A stretch of DNA of 46,601 nucleotides from Heterodontus francisci (Eukaryota): contig NC_090407.1 in the NCBI RefSeq assembly GCF_036365525.1, positions 31,320,444-31,367,044 on the forward strand. The letters run 5' to 3'. The position numbers were made by a program, and so were the translations under genes. Of this stretch, positions 11,895 to 23,225 are shown piece after piece. Within the stretch, counting starts at the first letter, position 1, and every line of letters starts with the position of its first letter. The notes under the pieces are model-generated. The model made no database searches. It had not been told where the DNA came from and worked only from the letters and a program-made list of their open reading frames with translations.

Positions 11895-12480
11895 GATTTT
11901 GAGGGGTCCATCCAGCCTGATCCACAGAACTGTGATGCCTTGTGCATCACAATATAAATGCTTCCCAGCCCATCCATTAGCCAAATGATCACCTGGGAGA
12001 GGCGAAAAAACAGATAAAACCTCAGGACATTTAGGGGAAGGGAAAAATTTCCCTCTTACTGCCCCCGCGCCCCCAAAGGTGATCACTGTGGCCCGGATTA
12101 ACACCTTACAGCACCAACCTCCTGCATGAGGTGATCTTTTGCCCCAGACAGAAACAGGTCCAGCTCTCGCTTGAAGGAATTCAGTGAATTACCTTCCATT
12201 GAATGACACGGTAGCCTATCCAAGAGGCCCACCATTCACCTTCTGACATCTAAACTTGATCTGGCCTTACACAACTTAAAATTGTCACCGCTGGGTCTCC
12301 ATAACCTATTCAGTTGAAACAAACAGTCGACACAACCGCAAACTATTCCCTTCATCACCTCCTAAATCTCAATCAAATCACTCTTAAATCTACACGTCTC
12401 TAAAACATCAAGTCCCAGCTGCCTGAGCTTATCTTAGTAACCAAGGTGCTTCAAACTGTGAATTAATCTAGTGGTTTTCC
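11895..12480 (-). mobile_element. CR1 LINE 3' fragment (different family)
   Basis: Degenerate ORF2 C-terminus (..KLRQLGLDVLETCRFKSDLIEI..). Its tail matches 43150-43215 in the opposite orientation. Confidence 0.7.
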
Positions 12481-13109
12481 TGCACACAAATGATAGGGTA
12501 GAGGCACTCTCTACAATGCCTAATGTTCATAGCATTTTATCTGACAGATTGGAGCACCATTGGAAGAGAACATTGGCCTTTGCATTGCCATTACTGGATG
12601 GGGGGGGGGGGGGTTGCGGGGGGGAAATCAAATTATATATTTATCAGACCATTTAAATGTTTGTATATATTTATTTGAATTTATAATAAAGAAAGACCCT
12701 TGTGCTGCCACCTAGTGAATATAAATTCAGGCTCGGCACCTTTTTGCATTAACAAGTGTCTGCAGTTTAGTGTAACACTTGTGGATTCTTGCTCTATCCA
12801 TTGCAGTGCCTGATACTCTTACTTCCTCTGTGCCAGCCTTTCATTCTCATGCTTCATCCATTTGCTGTTAAAGTGACTGGAAACAACAGTATTAAAATTG
12901 CGTAGTTGCACATTGTCCATTCATCTCTTGAATGTGGGCCCTCATCTGGTCCAGAGTGATGCAATGCAAATTTCTGTTCCAGCAGTAATGTTCCTGTGTG
13001 AAATGGATGTTGGCAGCCTTGGCCTAAATTTGTACTGATTTTGCAATGTCAGAGACGACAAGAATGGCAGGTTTGGGAAGCAAAAAATGCCATATTTATA
13101 AATTAGGAA

Positions 13110-14245
13110 TTGCCTCTGAGTCAGATGGTTGTTGGTTCAAAATCTAGTCGCACTCCAGTGTAATGAGTGAGTCACTGAGGGAGTGCTGCACTGTCAGTCA
13201 TGCCATCTTTCGCATGAGACATGAAACTAAGACTCAGTCTGCCATGCCAGGTGAACATAAAAGATCAGCGGAAGAAGAAAAATGCATAGAAGGGCTGGGA
13301 TGATCTCCCTGGTGTCCTGCCAAGATAGATAGAGTAACAACAAATTGTGTTTATTTGCCACTTTTAATGTAATAAGACATCCCAAGGCACTTCACAGGAG
13401 TGTTACAAAGCAAAATTTGACACCCTTAGAGATATTAGGGCAGTTGATCAAAAGCTTGGTCAAAGAAGTAGGTTTTAAGGAGCATCTTAAAGGAGGAAAG
13501 AGAGATGTGGGCAGGGAATTCCAGAGCTTTTAGGGCCTTGGCAACTGAAGGCATGGCTGCAAATATGCAATGATTAAAATCAGGAATGCTCAAGAGGTGA
13601 GAAATAGAGCAGTTACCTTGCAGGGTTGTTGGGATAGAGATAAGCAAGACCATGGGGGGGAATTGAAAACAAGGATGAGAATTTTAAAATCAAGGAGCCA
13701 TTGAAGGTCAGGGAGCACTGGGGTGATGGGTGAGCAGGCCTTTGTGTGAGCTAGGACATGGGCAGCAGAGTTCTGGATGGCCTGAAGTCTACAGAGGGCA
13801 GAAAATAGGAGGTGGGCTAGGAGTGCATTGGAGGTAACAAAGGCATGAATGAGGGTTTCAGCAGGAGATGAGCTGAGGCAGAGTCGGAGTTGGGCTTTGT
13901 TATGGAGGTGGAAGTCCTGACGATGGCATGGATATGTGGTCGGTAGCTCATCTCAGGGTCAGATATGACATGGAAGTTGTGAACAGTCTGATTCATCTCA
14001 GACGGTTGTCAGGGAGAGAGAGAAACTTTTGTGGCTAGGGAACGGAGTTTGTCATGATGACTGATGACAGTGGCTTTGGTTTTCCCAAAATTTAATTGGA
14101 GGAAATTTCTACTCATCCAGTACTGGATGTATTCCCTGAAGCAACATCTAAAAATGGATTATCTAGTCATGATCACATTGCTGTTTTTGGGACCTTGCTG
14201 TGCTCAAATTGGCTGCAGTGTTTCCTATTACCTGCAAAAGTGCCC
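13110..14245 (+). mobile_element. Deu-domain SINE (13110-13325 and 14130-14245) split by an L2 insertion
   Basis: The left half ends ...ctccctggtgtcctgccaa. The right half resumes tattccctgaagcaacatc...gattatctagtcatgatcacattgctg, collinear with the 32335-32797 copy. Confidence 0.7.
13335..14129 (-). mobile_element. L2-clade LINE 3' fragment
   Basis: Reverse-complement homologue of 3840-4680 (aagcttggtcaaag..., tttaattggaggaaattt). Confidence 0.75.
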
Positions 14246-14533
14246 AAACTTGTATCACATAGCTTAATTTTTTTTAACTAGATATCCCTCTGCCAAACAT
14301 CAGAGCATGTACTCTGCAAACATTTCTTGCACAAGGACCAATCATGAAATCCAGGAACCCCAATTGCAAAATGACTATCAAATATTTTAGATGCTGATAT
14401 GGAAAATCTTTCATCCTTTTGCTTTAGTGTAAAATTCTGAATCTGTTGTAGATTTGCTTTGGCTGTCACTGTACTGCTGAGAGATGTGATATGATCCAAC
14501 ATAATTGCAAGTACTTTATCTATCTCGTTTTAG

Positions 14534-14660
14534 AAGATTTTCGGTTTTGGACAATTGAGGTTAATGGTGGAGACGAATGGAAAATAGAAACCTTACCAGG
14601 GGCCCATGGACAAATGTTGTCGAACAAAAGTGTAAAAAACTATTTTGTGACATCTTATGG
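14534..14660 (+). CDS. fbxo6: Gene A coding exon 2 (FBA domain start)
   Basis: ttttag|...|gtaaga, 127 bp, EDFRFWTIEVNGGDEWKIETLPGAHG...KNYFVTSYG, phase compatible. Confidence 0.93.
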
Positions 14661-15711
14661 GTAAGAACTCCATAGCACAGTGACCATCAAGGAGAGCTCA
14701 CTTCAAATCCTTCCTATTGACTGTCTTAACCTCATGATCTCCCCTTATGTCAAATGGAAGTGCAGTTCCCACATCTACTCATGCTGTCTTCTGGAAGCTC
14801 ATGTGAAACATTTCTTCATCCCTTGACAGTTCTCAACTCTGTATGAAACTGAAGTCAGTTTGAGTCCTAAATATTACTCCCACAGCTGGTTAGATCCATA
14901 TCGCACTGTTCTTGCATTCCTACATAGAATAAAAAAATTGCCATCTTATATGTCATCCCTCTCCTAGGACTACCCTCTGAACCTTGATCTTTCCATCACA
15001 AGCTTTCTCTCTTTTCTCCACCCACCCACTTCCTATCAGTACTACTATGGCCAAGACTCCATCAACTCTCCTCTCTTGTTCCTCCATAGCTATTAATAAC
15101 CTGACCTACATGTTCTCTAGTCTCCTATTATTTTACTCAGTGCACCATCTCCCATTCTAACACATTTCCTCCAGTCATTGCTTCCCTTAACTTTCCCCCT
15201 CACACAATCTCATTGTTTAAAACTGGAGCTTGTTGACACTTGACTGCTACTTCTTGATTTCCCTTTCCTTTGTTTTCTGCTTCACTGTGTCACCCTGCAA
15301 TTTGAGCCTTTGCCCTTCACTTTGCTTTTTAAATTGAAAACAAAATGTTGTCGGGTTAAACAAAGTGTTGAATGTACTCTACTTACTGCCATGCTGCATA
15401 GCTATGGAGTTAGTTTTGAACTTGCCCAAGGAGGGCAGGGTTGACCCAGGCACTGACTTGGAAGCAGTTATGAGAAAGTTAGTGGGTTGTGTAAACAAAA
15501 GTAAGTACGGATATCTCAATGGGTAACTACACCAGTCAGTATGGTGCAGAGCCTCACAGCCTAGGCTGATCTGAGTTGGGGTTAGGCCCATCAGCTAACT
15601 CAGCATGGACTGAGGGCCATACTGGTACCTCTCTCTTCTGTGCAGTTTAGCTCCACTCTGGGGGGTACATTTCCCAACTGAGTTGCAGGGGAGCTTGCCC
15701 TTTGACTTGTT

Positions 15712-16120
15712 TTGCTGACTCACCTCTGAGTCGGAAGATTATGTGTTTGAATCCCACTGCGGGAATTTGAGCACAATATCTAGGCTCAAACTCCAGTGTA
15801 GTACCGAGGGAGTGCCCCAATGCCGGTAGTGCCGTCTTTTGGATGCGATGAGGCCTCATCTGCCCTCTCAGCTGGACGTAAAAGATCCCATGGTGCTACT
15901 TGGAAGAAGAGCAGGGGAGCTCTCTCTGGTGTCCTGGCCAATATTTATCTGATTATTATCACATTGCTGTTTGCGGGAGCTGGCTTTATGCAAATTGGTA
16001 GCTGCACTTCCTACATGACAGCAGTCACTGCATTTCAAAAGTATTTCATTAGTTGTAAAGAGCTTTGGGACGTCCTGGGGTCACAAAAGGTGCTATATAA
16101 ATGTAAGTTCTTTCTTTCCT
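15712..16120 (+). mobile_element. Deu-domain SINE, near full length
   Basis: ctctcagctggacgtaaaagatcccatgg... aaggtgctatataaatgtaagttctttctt tail. Confidence 0.85.
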
Positions 16121-16166
16121 AGGTTTAAACGCAGTCTCCCCGTGCTCTTTTGTTTCTCTCTGACAG

Positions 16167-16262
16167 ATTATGCCGGAAATCTCAGACTATTGATCTGGTG
16201 GCAAATGGACTCTGGGAAAATCTGCTGGATGTATGGCAGCCTAAAATTGTAGTGAGTGATTG
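16167..16262 (+). CDS. fbxo6: Gene A coding exon 3
   Basis: tgacag|...|gtaagt, 96 bp, LCRKSQTIDLVANGLWENLLDVWQPKIVVSDW. Confidence 0.93.
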
Positions 16263-16695
16263 GTAAGTAATATTTGGATTTCAGCAAAGTGCGAAAGTGA
16301 CTGAGATCATTAGGTAGAAATCAAATGTCAAATCTAAGCAGAAATATTAAAAGCAAACTCATGATGGGTTGAGAATACTATTCTTGGTTTGTAAATATGC
16401 AATAATGGATAAAAAGGGAGTAAGTTACAGCCTGAACAATAATTGGGGAAAGTGTGTCAATAGTTAATACATAGAATAGTGAATGCACAGAAGGAATGAA
16501 GGATGTTCAGAGACAATTAAATCATGTAGAGTGGGAGGCGGCTCATGTGGAACATAAACATTGGTATTGATGGGCTGAATGGCCTGTTACTGTGCTGAAA
16601 ATTCTGTGTAAGTTTAAAGAATGGTTCTGGATTAGGTTATGTCCGAGCTGCTCAGTTGGTGCCTTGTCCTGATATACAGTATTGCACTGTGGCAG

Positions 16696-16831
16696 GTACG
16701 CAGCGAGACGCGACTGCGGGTGTATGTACAACTTGGTGGTAGAGCTGCTGTCCAAAGATGAAACCCCTATCCAGAGGTACGAGTCGGAGCAGGTCATAAT
16801 CCCGCAGTGGAGTGATGCAAAATGGAACGAG
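16696..16831 (+). CDS. fbxo6: Gene A coding exon 4
   Basis: tggcag|...|gtatct, 136 bp, YAARRDCGCMYNLVVELLSKDE...IIPQWSDAKWNE. Confidence 0.93.
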
Positions 16832-17508
16832 GTATCTCATTTTATTCGTGTTTCACTCCATTTTCTGGATCTAGAATTTTCTAGCACCACAACCTCTGTA
16901 TCTCGTTGGGAAACCAGAAGCCTTTGAGTACCATGTCACTGACAGTGTTGTTTCTGCCCTGCGTTCAGCTAGCGGGTGGTGTCCAAGATCACTTCTATGA
17001 TCAATCTCCTTGTCTTCCATTCTCCTCTTCCTCTATTTCCCCTGCTCCCTCTCTCACTCCGCCTCATCTGCCCCCTTCCCCTCTCCATCTTCCCTTCCCT
17101 CATCCCTGCCCTCTCTCCCTTCCTCTTCCCGGTGCGACTATCTTTTCAGATATTACTTTCTACTGTCAGCATAGACCAGATATTTGACTGTAGAAGGCAT
17201 TATGAATTGGTTCCTTTCCTTCTCCATTGTGTATGCACACACGGATGTACTTTGAGACAGTCCTGACTGTTTTTCTCTCATGGATACGAAGTACTAGGAC
17301 TAAGTTTATTGCCTCCACTGCTACTCTGGTGGTGATCAGCTCACTTAGTACAGGCTGAAAATGGGACCTGGGACCTACTTGCACTGCATGCTTTAGCCCT
17401 GCGTTGTTCTCTTTATTCTTACATACCCCGGGAAAGCTATAGTGCAGAATACACGTAGAATTGTTCTTTCACATGGTGTGATAACTGGTAGTATTTTTAA
17501 TGTTACAG

Positions 17509-17643
17509 ATGACTCACGTTTTCAAAGAATATGGGCCTGGTGTTCGATATGTTCGATTTTCACATGAGGGGAGAGATACACAATTCTGGGCAGGATGGTA
17601 TGGAGTGCGAGTCACCAATAGCAGCGTTTCCATAGAGCCATAA
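17509..17643 (+). CDS. fbxo6: Gene A last coding exon
   Basis: ttacag|MTHVFKEYGPGVRYVRFSHEGRDTQFWAGWYGVRVTNSSVSIEP-TAA. Spliced CDS is 753 nt (250 aa). Confidence 0.94.
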   Translation: MTHVFKEYGPGVRYVRFSHEGRDTQFWAGWYGVRVTNSSVSIEP

Positions 17644-17711
17644 TCGTGCTGGGGCCAGAGTCCGACCAAACGACTAAGACCAAATATTTTGTCAAACAAA
17701 AGCAAGTTGCC

Positions 17712-17910
17712 ACAGATGCTGGAAATCTGAAATAAAAACAGGAAATGCCGAAAAACACCTCAGCAGGTCGGGCAGCATCTGTGGAGAGAGAAACAAAGTT
17801 ACTATTTCAGGAAAAGATGACCTTTTCATCAGAAATCTCCTGAAAGATTAACCCTGTTTCTCTCTCCACAGAAGCTGCCAGACCTGCTGAATGTTTTCTG
17901 ACATTTTTGG
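17712..17910. mobile_element. Palindromic Penelope-terminus-derived element in the gene A 3' UTR region
   Basis: Arms 17761-17801 and ~17850-17889 are reverse complements. The left arm matches the Penelope terminus at 22388-22480. Confidence 0.75.
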
Positions 17911-20900
17911 CGTTATCAAAGAGATTTATTAAGTGGTTTGGTTAAATCTGATTTATGTTTGCACCTTGGATATGAGAATACCATTGAAGTCACTTTATTC
18001 TTTCACTGTCCGTGAATAACATCTGGGGGAGTTGTCGCTTTTACGATATTTATTTTCTCCTCTACCTGACCCCAAGAACATATGAAGGAGGTAAATTGTC
18101 AAAAGTGCAGTTAGGAGAACATTATTCAAAATGCTCCCCAAGTTGCAGTAATGTGTTGTCCTGTGAGTGAGTTGCACTGGGTAGTTTCCCACTTTAGTGT
18201 GAAGTCACCTTAAATGAAGAGAGTCTATACGGCTCTTGACAGCTCCGTCATGTCAGTCAACCTCGTTAAAGGGGCCTGGAGGGCAAGACACTTGAGGTTG
18301 GGTGTCTGCATTGGAGCAGGAAACGATTTCTCAGAACAGTAATCACTATTTTTATAATTCGCTATTTTTCACTGACAGAGTGAGTATTTTGAAGAAGTAA
18401 TCCATTTCCATTTAGTTGGTTCATTGTAATTAAAGCCAGATTGTTGATGAATCTATGCGATTGATATTATGTTAAATATTAGAAATGAATGTGTCAGCAC
18501 CTTTTTTGACATCTCTGTCCATTATTTTAACAACATTTTAATCCATTTTAAATGCTGGATGGAGAAATCACATAATTAATATCACTGCACAATTTCATTC
18601 CAAATATGTCTGAATTCTTTTACTTGAGATACAAACAGAACTACACAATGGAGGACCCAGTGTGTGGAATCCAGTACATACCTGATTAAAGAGCTTCAAT
18701 TAGATGTGTCAGTTCCTTATCACTTCCTTGAGATGTGTCTCTTTTCACCTGCTTGGCTCAAATGGGTTTAAAGAGGCAAATATTTCATGCAAACATGACA
18801 AACTCTCTTTAGTTTCAGTACAACACACATGCAAATACCATTGAAATGCATTAACTTGCCATTTGTGTGTGACGCCATTTTGAAAGAAGTGGCACATGGA
18901 TTTCCTGTCCTCTTCCCCACAACCAAATAAAAAGGAAGGTTTTTTTCGAAAAACACTTTTTTCATGTAAACAGTTCCCCTTTTTAACTGTTTTCATTTTG
19001 AGACATTTTTGGGATGATATTTCTCAGGGCTATTTTTAATATATTGTGTTAGTGCACTTGTTTGGTGCTGTTTTAACCTGTTTACTTTAAAATGGAGAGC
19101 TGGGAATGGTATATAAATTTCTGTAACACTTATCAGAAATATCACTGACAGCAATTACACCATGTTTACTTACAATGTTCTAGATAAGTCTGCTTGAGCT
19201 GAACTTTGTGTGTTCGTGATACATTCTAGATCAACCAACTGAGCAATGTTATTTGGTAAAAGATCAGTAGATGCTTACTACCATCATGCAGGACGTTAAT
19301 TTCTGAGCTTACTTTGCTCGGATTGGCCTAGATGGAGGAACAAATCACAACAGTGCTGGTTGGCTGAGATAAAAGCCAGTTTGCTAGAAACAGGCAACAG
19401 GTTGGTCTGTATCTTAGGGACAAGACATGTTTACTGTTCAGCCATGACCAAAATGTTAACATGTCCTTCTCGTTACATGCAGTGCATTTTCACCATGTTC
19501 TGGGTTGGGGAGCGCGAATTCTCAGAGTCCCTTAGGATCTTCCTGGACAGTGACGCAAATTTGTAAAATTTGTCCTGTTTTCATAATGAGCATAAAATCC
19601 CCATAAACCGCTTCAAAGACCAATGTGAAAGCTTTTGCACTGATGGGGCCTCACTGTCTAGAGGTGCTTATTGTGAGGAGATGCAGTGGGTAATGCTGAT
19701 GACTATTAACCTGCATGTATTGATCAAAGTATCATCGCAGCTTGTCCTTTCTCTTCTGAATGCACTGTAAATGGGCGCCATCTGCATTTGTCTCTATTTT
19801 ATCCCTAATTATTTTGTGCAGTTGCCTTCTGCAAACTGCTAGTGCAGAGACTGTGCAATACTCAAAATAATTCAGGCGGAAGTGTTCTTAATAGCTGGTC
19901 AGACTAAACACTTATCCAATGTGGCAGACCTGCAAAAATGTCTCTGTTTCACGGCAAATTATTAACCTGCTTCTCGGTCAATCAGACGTAGCAAATGTTA
20001 AAACCTTTATCTTCCCACTGTTTGAATAACTCTTACCCCGCATGCTATACTCCCTAGGAGGACACTACTGTTCTGATCTATAATTGTACATACTTTGGGT
20101 GTAAAAGAAGAATATAGTTTATATATCTGCACAAATAAAGGATTGCTAATGGTTACTGAATGCAATGACAATGTATGTGAGTTTGAGAAGATTTCTCCTG
20201 GTTTGTTTTTATAGCAAATTGGCAAAGGCTTTCAAAAAGGGAGTGTTTGGAGACGCTGCAGCACATTGGAATCCTGCAGCTTGACCTTCTTGAGGAGGGC
20301 CTGGTCTGGGACTACCACCCAGGTTCTGAACTGTACAGGCCCAAGCACCACCAACTGCCCCCCTAACTTGCAGGCCGAACTTGCCCTTCTGTGGGATCCA
20401 GCCTGACGCGCTTCCTGCCTGCTTGGCTGGATTAGCGCTTGCTGCTGCTTTTGGATGAAAAGGACACGGGGGAACAAAAAAAAAAGCAAATTGAGGATGA
20501 GATTATTTTTCTGATTGTACTTACCTTCACTTGTTCAATGAGGAGAAATCTGGATGATGTTGATTGGAGCCTGCATCAGGCCCCAGGCCTTAGCCACCAG
20601 TCTCACAATAAGCAGATATTATGTGTTCCTATGACCTGTTGGCAAACCTTGCTTTCCTCCAGGGCAATCTGAACATGGAGCAGCTTCAGAGCTTCCTAAA
20701 AGTTTCGTCTGGGAATCAGCTGTGATCGAGATGTCCCTGAGGCTATTCAGTATCTATGTCATTGCAAGCCAACATTAGTTGGCCATGCAGGTTTCCAATT
20801 GTCACATTGGAGGCAAAAAGTGAGACAAAGCTCTTCCCAAGTCCACTTCAGCTGCGCAGAAAAACAACACCCACCTATAACTGGGGCTGTGTGCAGGACT

Positions 20901-20934
20901 CTCTCTCCAAATAGTGACTTGGGATCATTTTTCA

Positions 20935-21097
20935 GGTTAAAGTCTCATCTGAAAGACAGCACCTCCGACAGTGCAGCACTCTCTCTATTGCACTGAAGTG
21001 TCAGCCTAGATTATGTGGTTAAGTCCTGGAGAGGGTCTTGAACCCACAATCTTCTGAAGGAGTCACAACAGTGCTACCAGCGAACCAAGGCTGACAT
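20935..21097 (-). mobile_element. Deu-domain SINE 5' fragment
   Basis: tctcatctgaaagacagcacctccgacagtgcagcac...ttgaacccacaatcttctga, the reverse complement of the start of 32335-32797. Confidence 0.75.
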
Positions 21098-22029
21098 CCA
21101 TTACACTGGGAATCTCATTCAGAGAGTCGTGGAATAGCTGGTGGAAGATGGAAGTGTCTGACTGCTGCGAAATATCTACTGTCCTGAGGCGGAGTCTCAG
21201 GCATATTGATAGGGTAGAGGGGGAGATTTACTCTGCATTTGATCGTATTATAGTTGATCTGAAAGTGTTTGATATGGATACTGGCTATCTAAAATGGAAA
21301 GTATTCCATTCCCAATACTAATTAAACACAATAACCATATGACGCTCATCTCAACATGAAGACAGTTGGTCTTGCATAAGCTGTTCTCAGAAACGCTCGT
21401 GCTGTGTATTTGAGTCTGAATTAAACATTAACAGTGGAAATGAAGGCAGAGCCTGGGGAAGGTAAAAATTAACATTAATTAGGGATCCATCAGGGAAACT
21501 CGACAGACTGTGGGTGAGGAAATGCTGATATGTGCTGTTAAAGCAGTGTGACTGTGTTGGCTCAACCATTCCAGATCTGCTCACTTACGGGATGCTGTTG
21601 ACTGATTAGGTTTAACAAAGCAAGTTCATTGTTGAGAGGCTTTAATAATGTGCTGGTTAAGTATCTGGTTGGGATTGTGGGGGTGGGGGGGGGGGGGGGG
21701 GGTGTTAGAGACTGAGATGATCAATACTTCATGGAGCACAATGGACACTGCTGGGACACCCAGAGAGGGTAGGACTTCAGGGTGATACTTTGGATATTTG
21801 CTTGATTAGCTTTGGGAATCAGGAATTATTTATGCAGAATGTCCCTCAGAGATTAAATGAGTGGCGTTGAGCACATGATGGATTGCACTGGAAGCAGAAT
21901 TGGTGGGGTGAATAGCAGTTTCTCCTTTCAAGCCTCTTTAATGTTAGGACATGGAGTGAAATGTATGGAATCTTATGAGTGAATGGGGATTTCAGAATTG
22001 TACACATTATTTCCATATGTGACTTCACC

Positions 22030-23225
22030 TGAGCCTTGATCAGACTCCATCAGGAGAACTGCGTTTAGTTTTGGGCACCACACCCCAGGAAGCATTAGCC
22101 TTGGAGGGGGTGCAGTGCAGATTCACCAGAATGACACTGGGTCTTAGAGGGTTAAATTATGAGGACAGGCTGCATAAGCTTGGTTTGTATTGCCTTGAGT
22201 TTAGGAGATTGAGTGATGATCTGATCCAGGTGCTTAAACTGTCAAAAGGATTTGATCGATACAGCAAAACTATTTCCTCTAGCGAGGGTATCAAAAACAA
22301 GGGGCATAATCTTAAAATTAGAGCCAGGTTGTTTCGGGCGGAAATCGAGAAGAACTTTTTTGCACAAAGGGTGGTGGGAATTTGGAATAAAAACAGAAAG
22401 TGCTGGAAATACTTAGGTCAGGCAGCACCTGTGGAGAGAAAAAGAGTTCACGTTTCAGGTCAATGCCTTTTTATCAGAAGTGGGAAAAGTTAAAAATGTA
22501 ATAGGTTTTGAGCTAGTAAAAGTGGGGCGGGGCGGGAGGTGTCTGAAAAAAGAAAGAAAGGGAAGGCCTGTGATAGGGTGGAAGACTCGAGCGATTAACT
22601 GACAAAAGAGTTGGTGGTGCAGGGTCAAAGGGAGTGGTAATGGGACAAGTAAAGAAATAAAGAAACAAAATATGTGTCCGGAGCAGGTGTGAATGGCAGA
22701 ATGATGAACAGCTCTCGTCCGTAAGCAAAAAACAAGAGTAAGGCCGAAACACGCAAAGAAAAGGAAAAAAAATGGAGCAGAGGTTACAGTTGGAGATTGT
22801 TGAGACTGGACGAGGGGGAGAAAAAATAGAGTTGAGATGGGAAGAAACCAGTTCAGTAGGGCAGGAATAGGCTGAAACAATGGATCTATCAGGAGAGTCC
22901 TGTTTGTGGATTTTGGGAAGGAGGCTGAAGCAGGCTGTTCGGGGTTAGGCAACAATGACATTGGAGAGCATGGAGGGACAATCTCTGGAAGAGATGAGGC
23001 CTGTGACAGTCCTGGAAAGAGTGTTTTGATGTTCAGCGGAAATTTGGTTCTGTCTTCCCAAAGGCTGTTGACGCTGCGGCAATTGGAGATTTTTGGGTTA
23101 AGGGTATCAAAGAATTTGGAGTAAAGGTGGGAAATGGAGTTGAGGTGCAGATCAGCCATGATCTAATTCAATGGTAGGAGCAGGCCCAAGGGGCTGAATG
23201 GCCTGCCCCTGTTCCCAAAGTTCCT
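22030..23225 (+). mobile_element. CR1 LINE 3' part (22030-22387 and ~23040-23225) interrupted by Penelope
   Basis: ALEGVQCRFTRM..GLNYEDRLHKLGL..FAQRVVGIWN, then the CR1 tail aggggctgaatggcct after the insert. Confidence 0.85.
22388..23037 (-). mobile_element. Penelope-like element fragment (terminus and RT piece)
   Basis: Minus strand ~22920-22800 encodes PKIHKQDSPDRSIVSAYSCPTELVSSHLNSIF, matching the Penelope RT motif LPKIHK..RPIVS. Confidence 0.8.

Noticed and set aside
14690-15300. Possible ancient L2 remnant
   Set aside because: The composition is suggestive but no diagnostic motif could be read.
21680-21702. Poly-G runs (also ~12600-12623)
   Set aside because: Simple homopolymers with no further structure.
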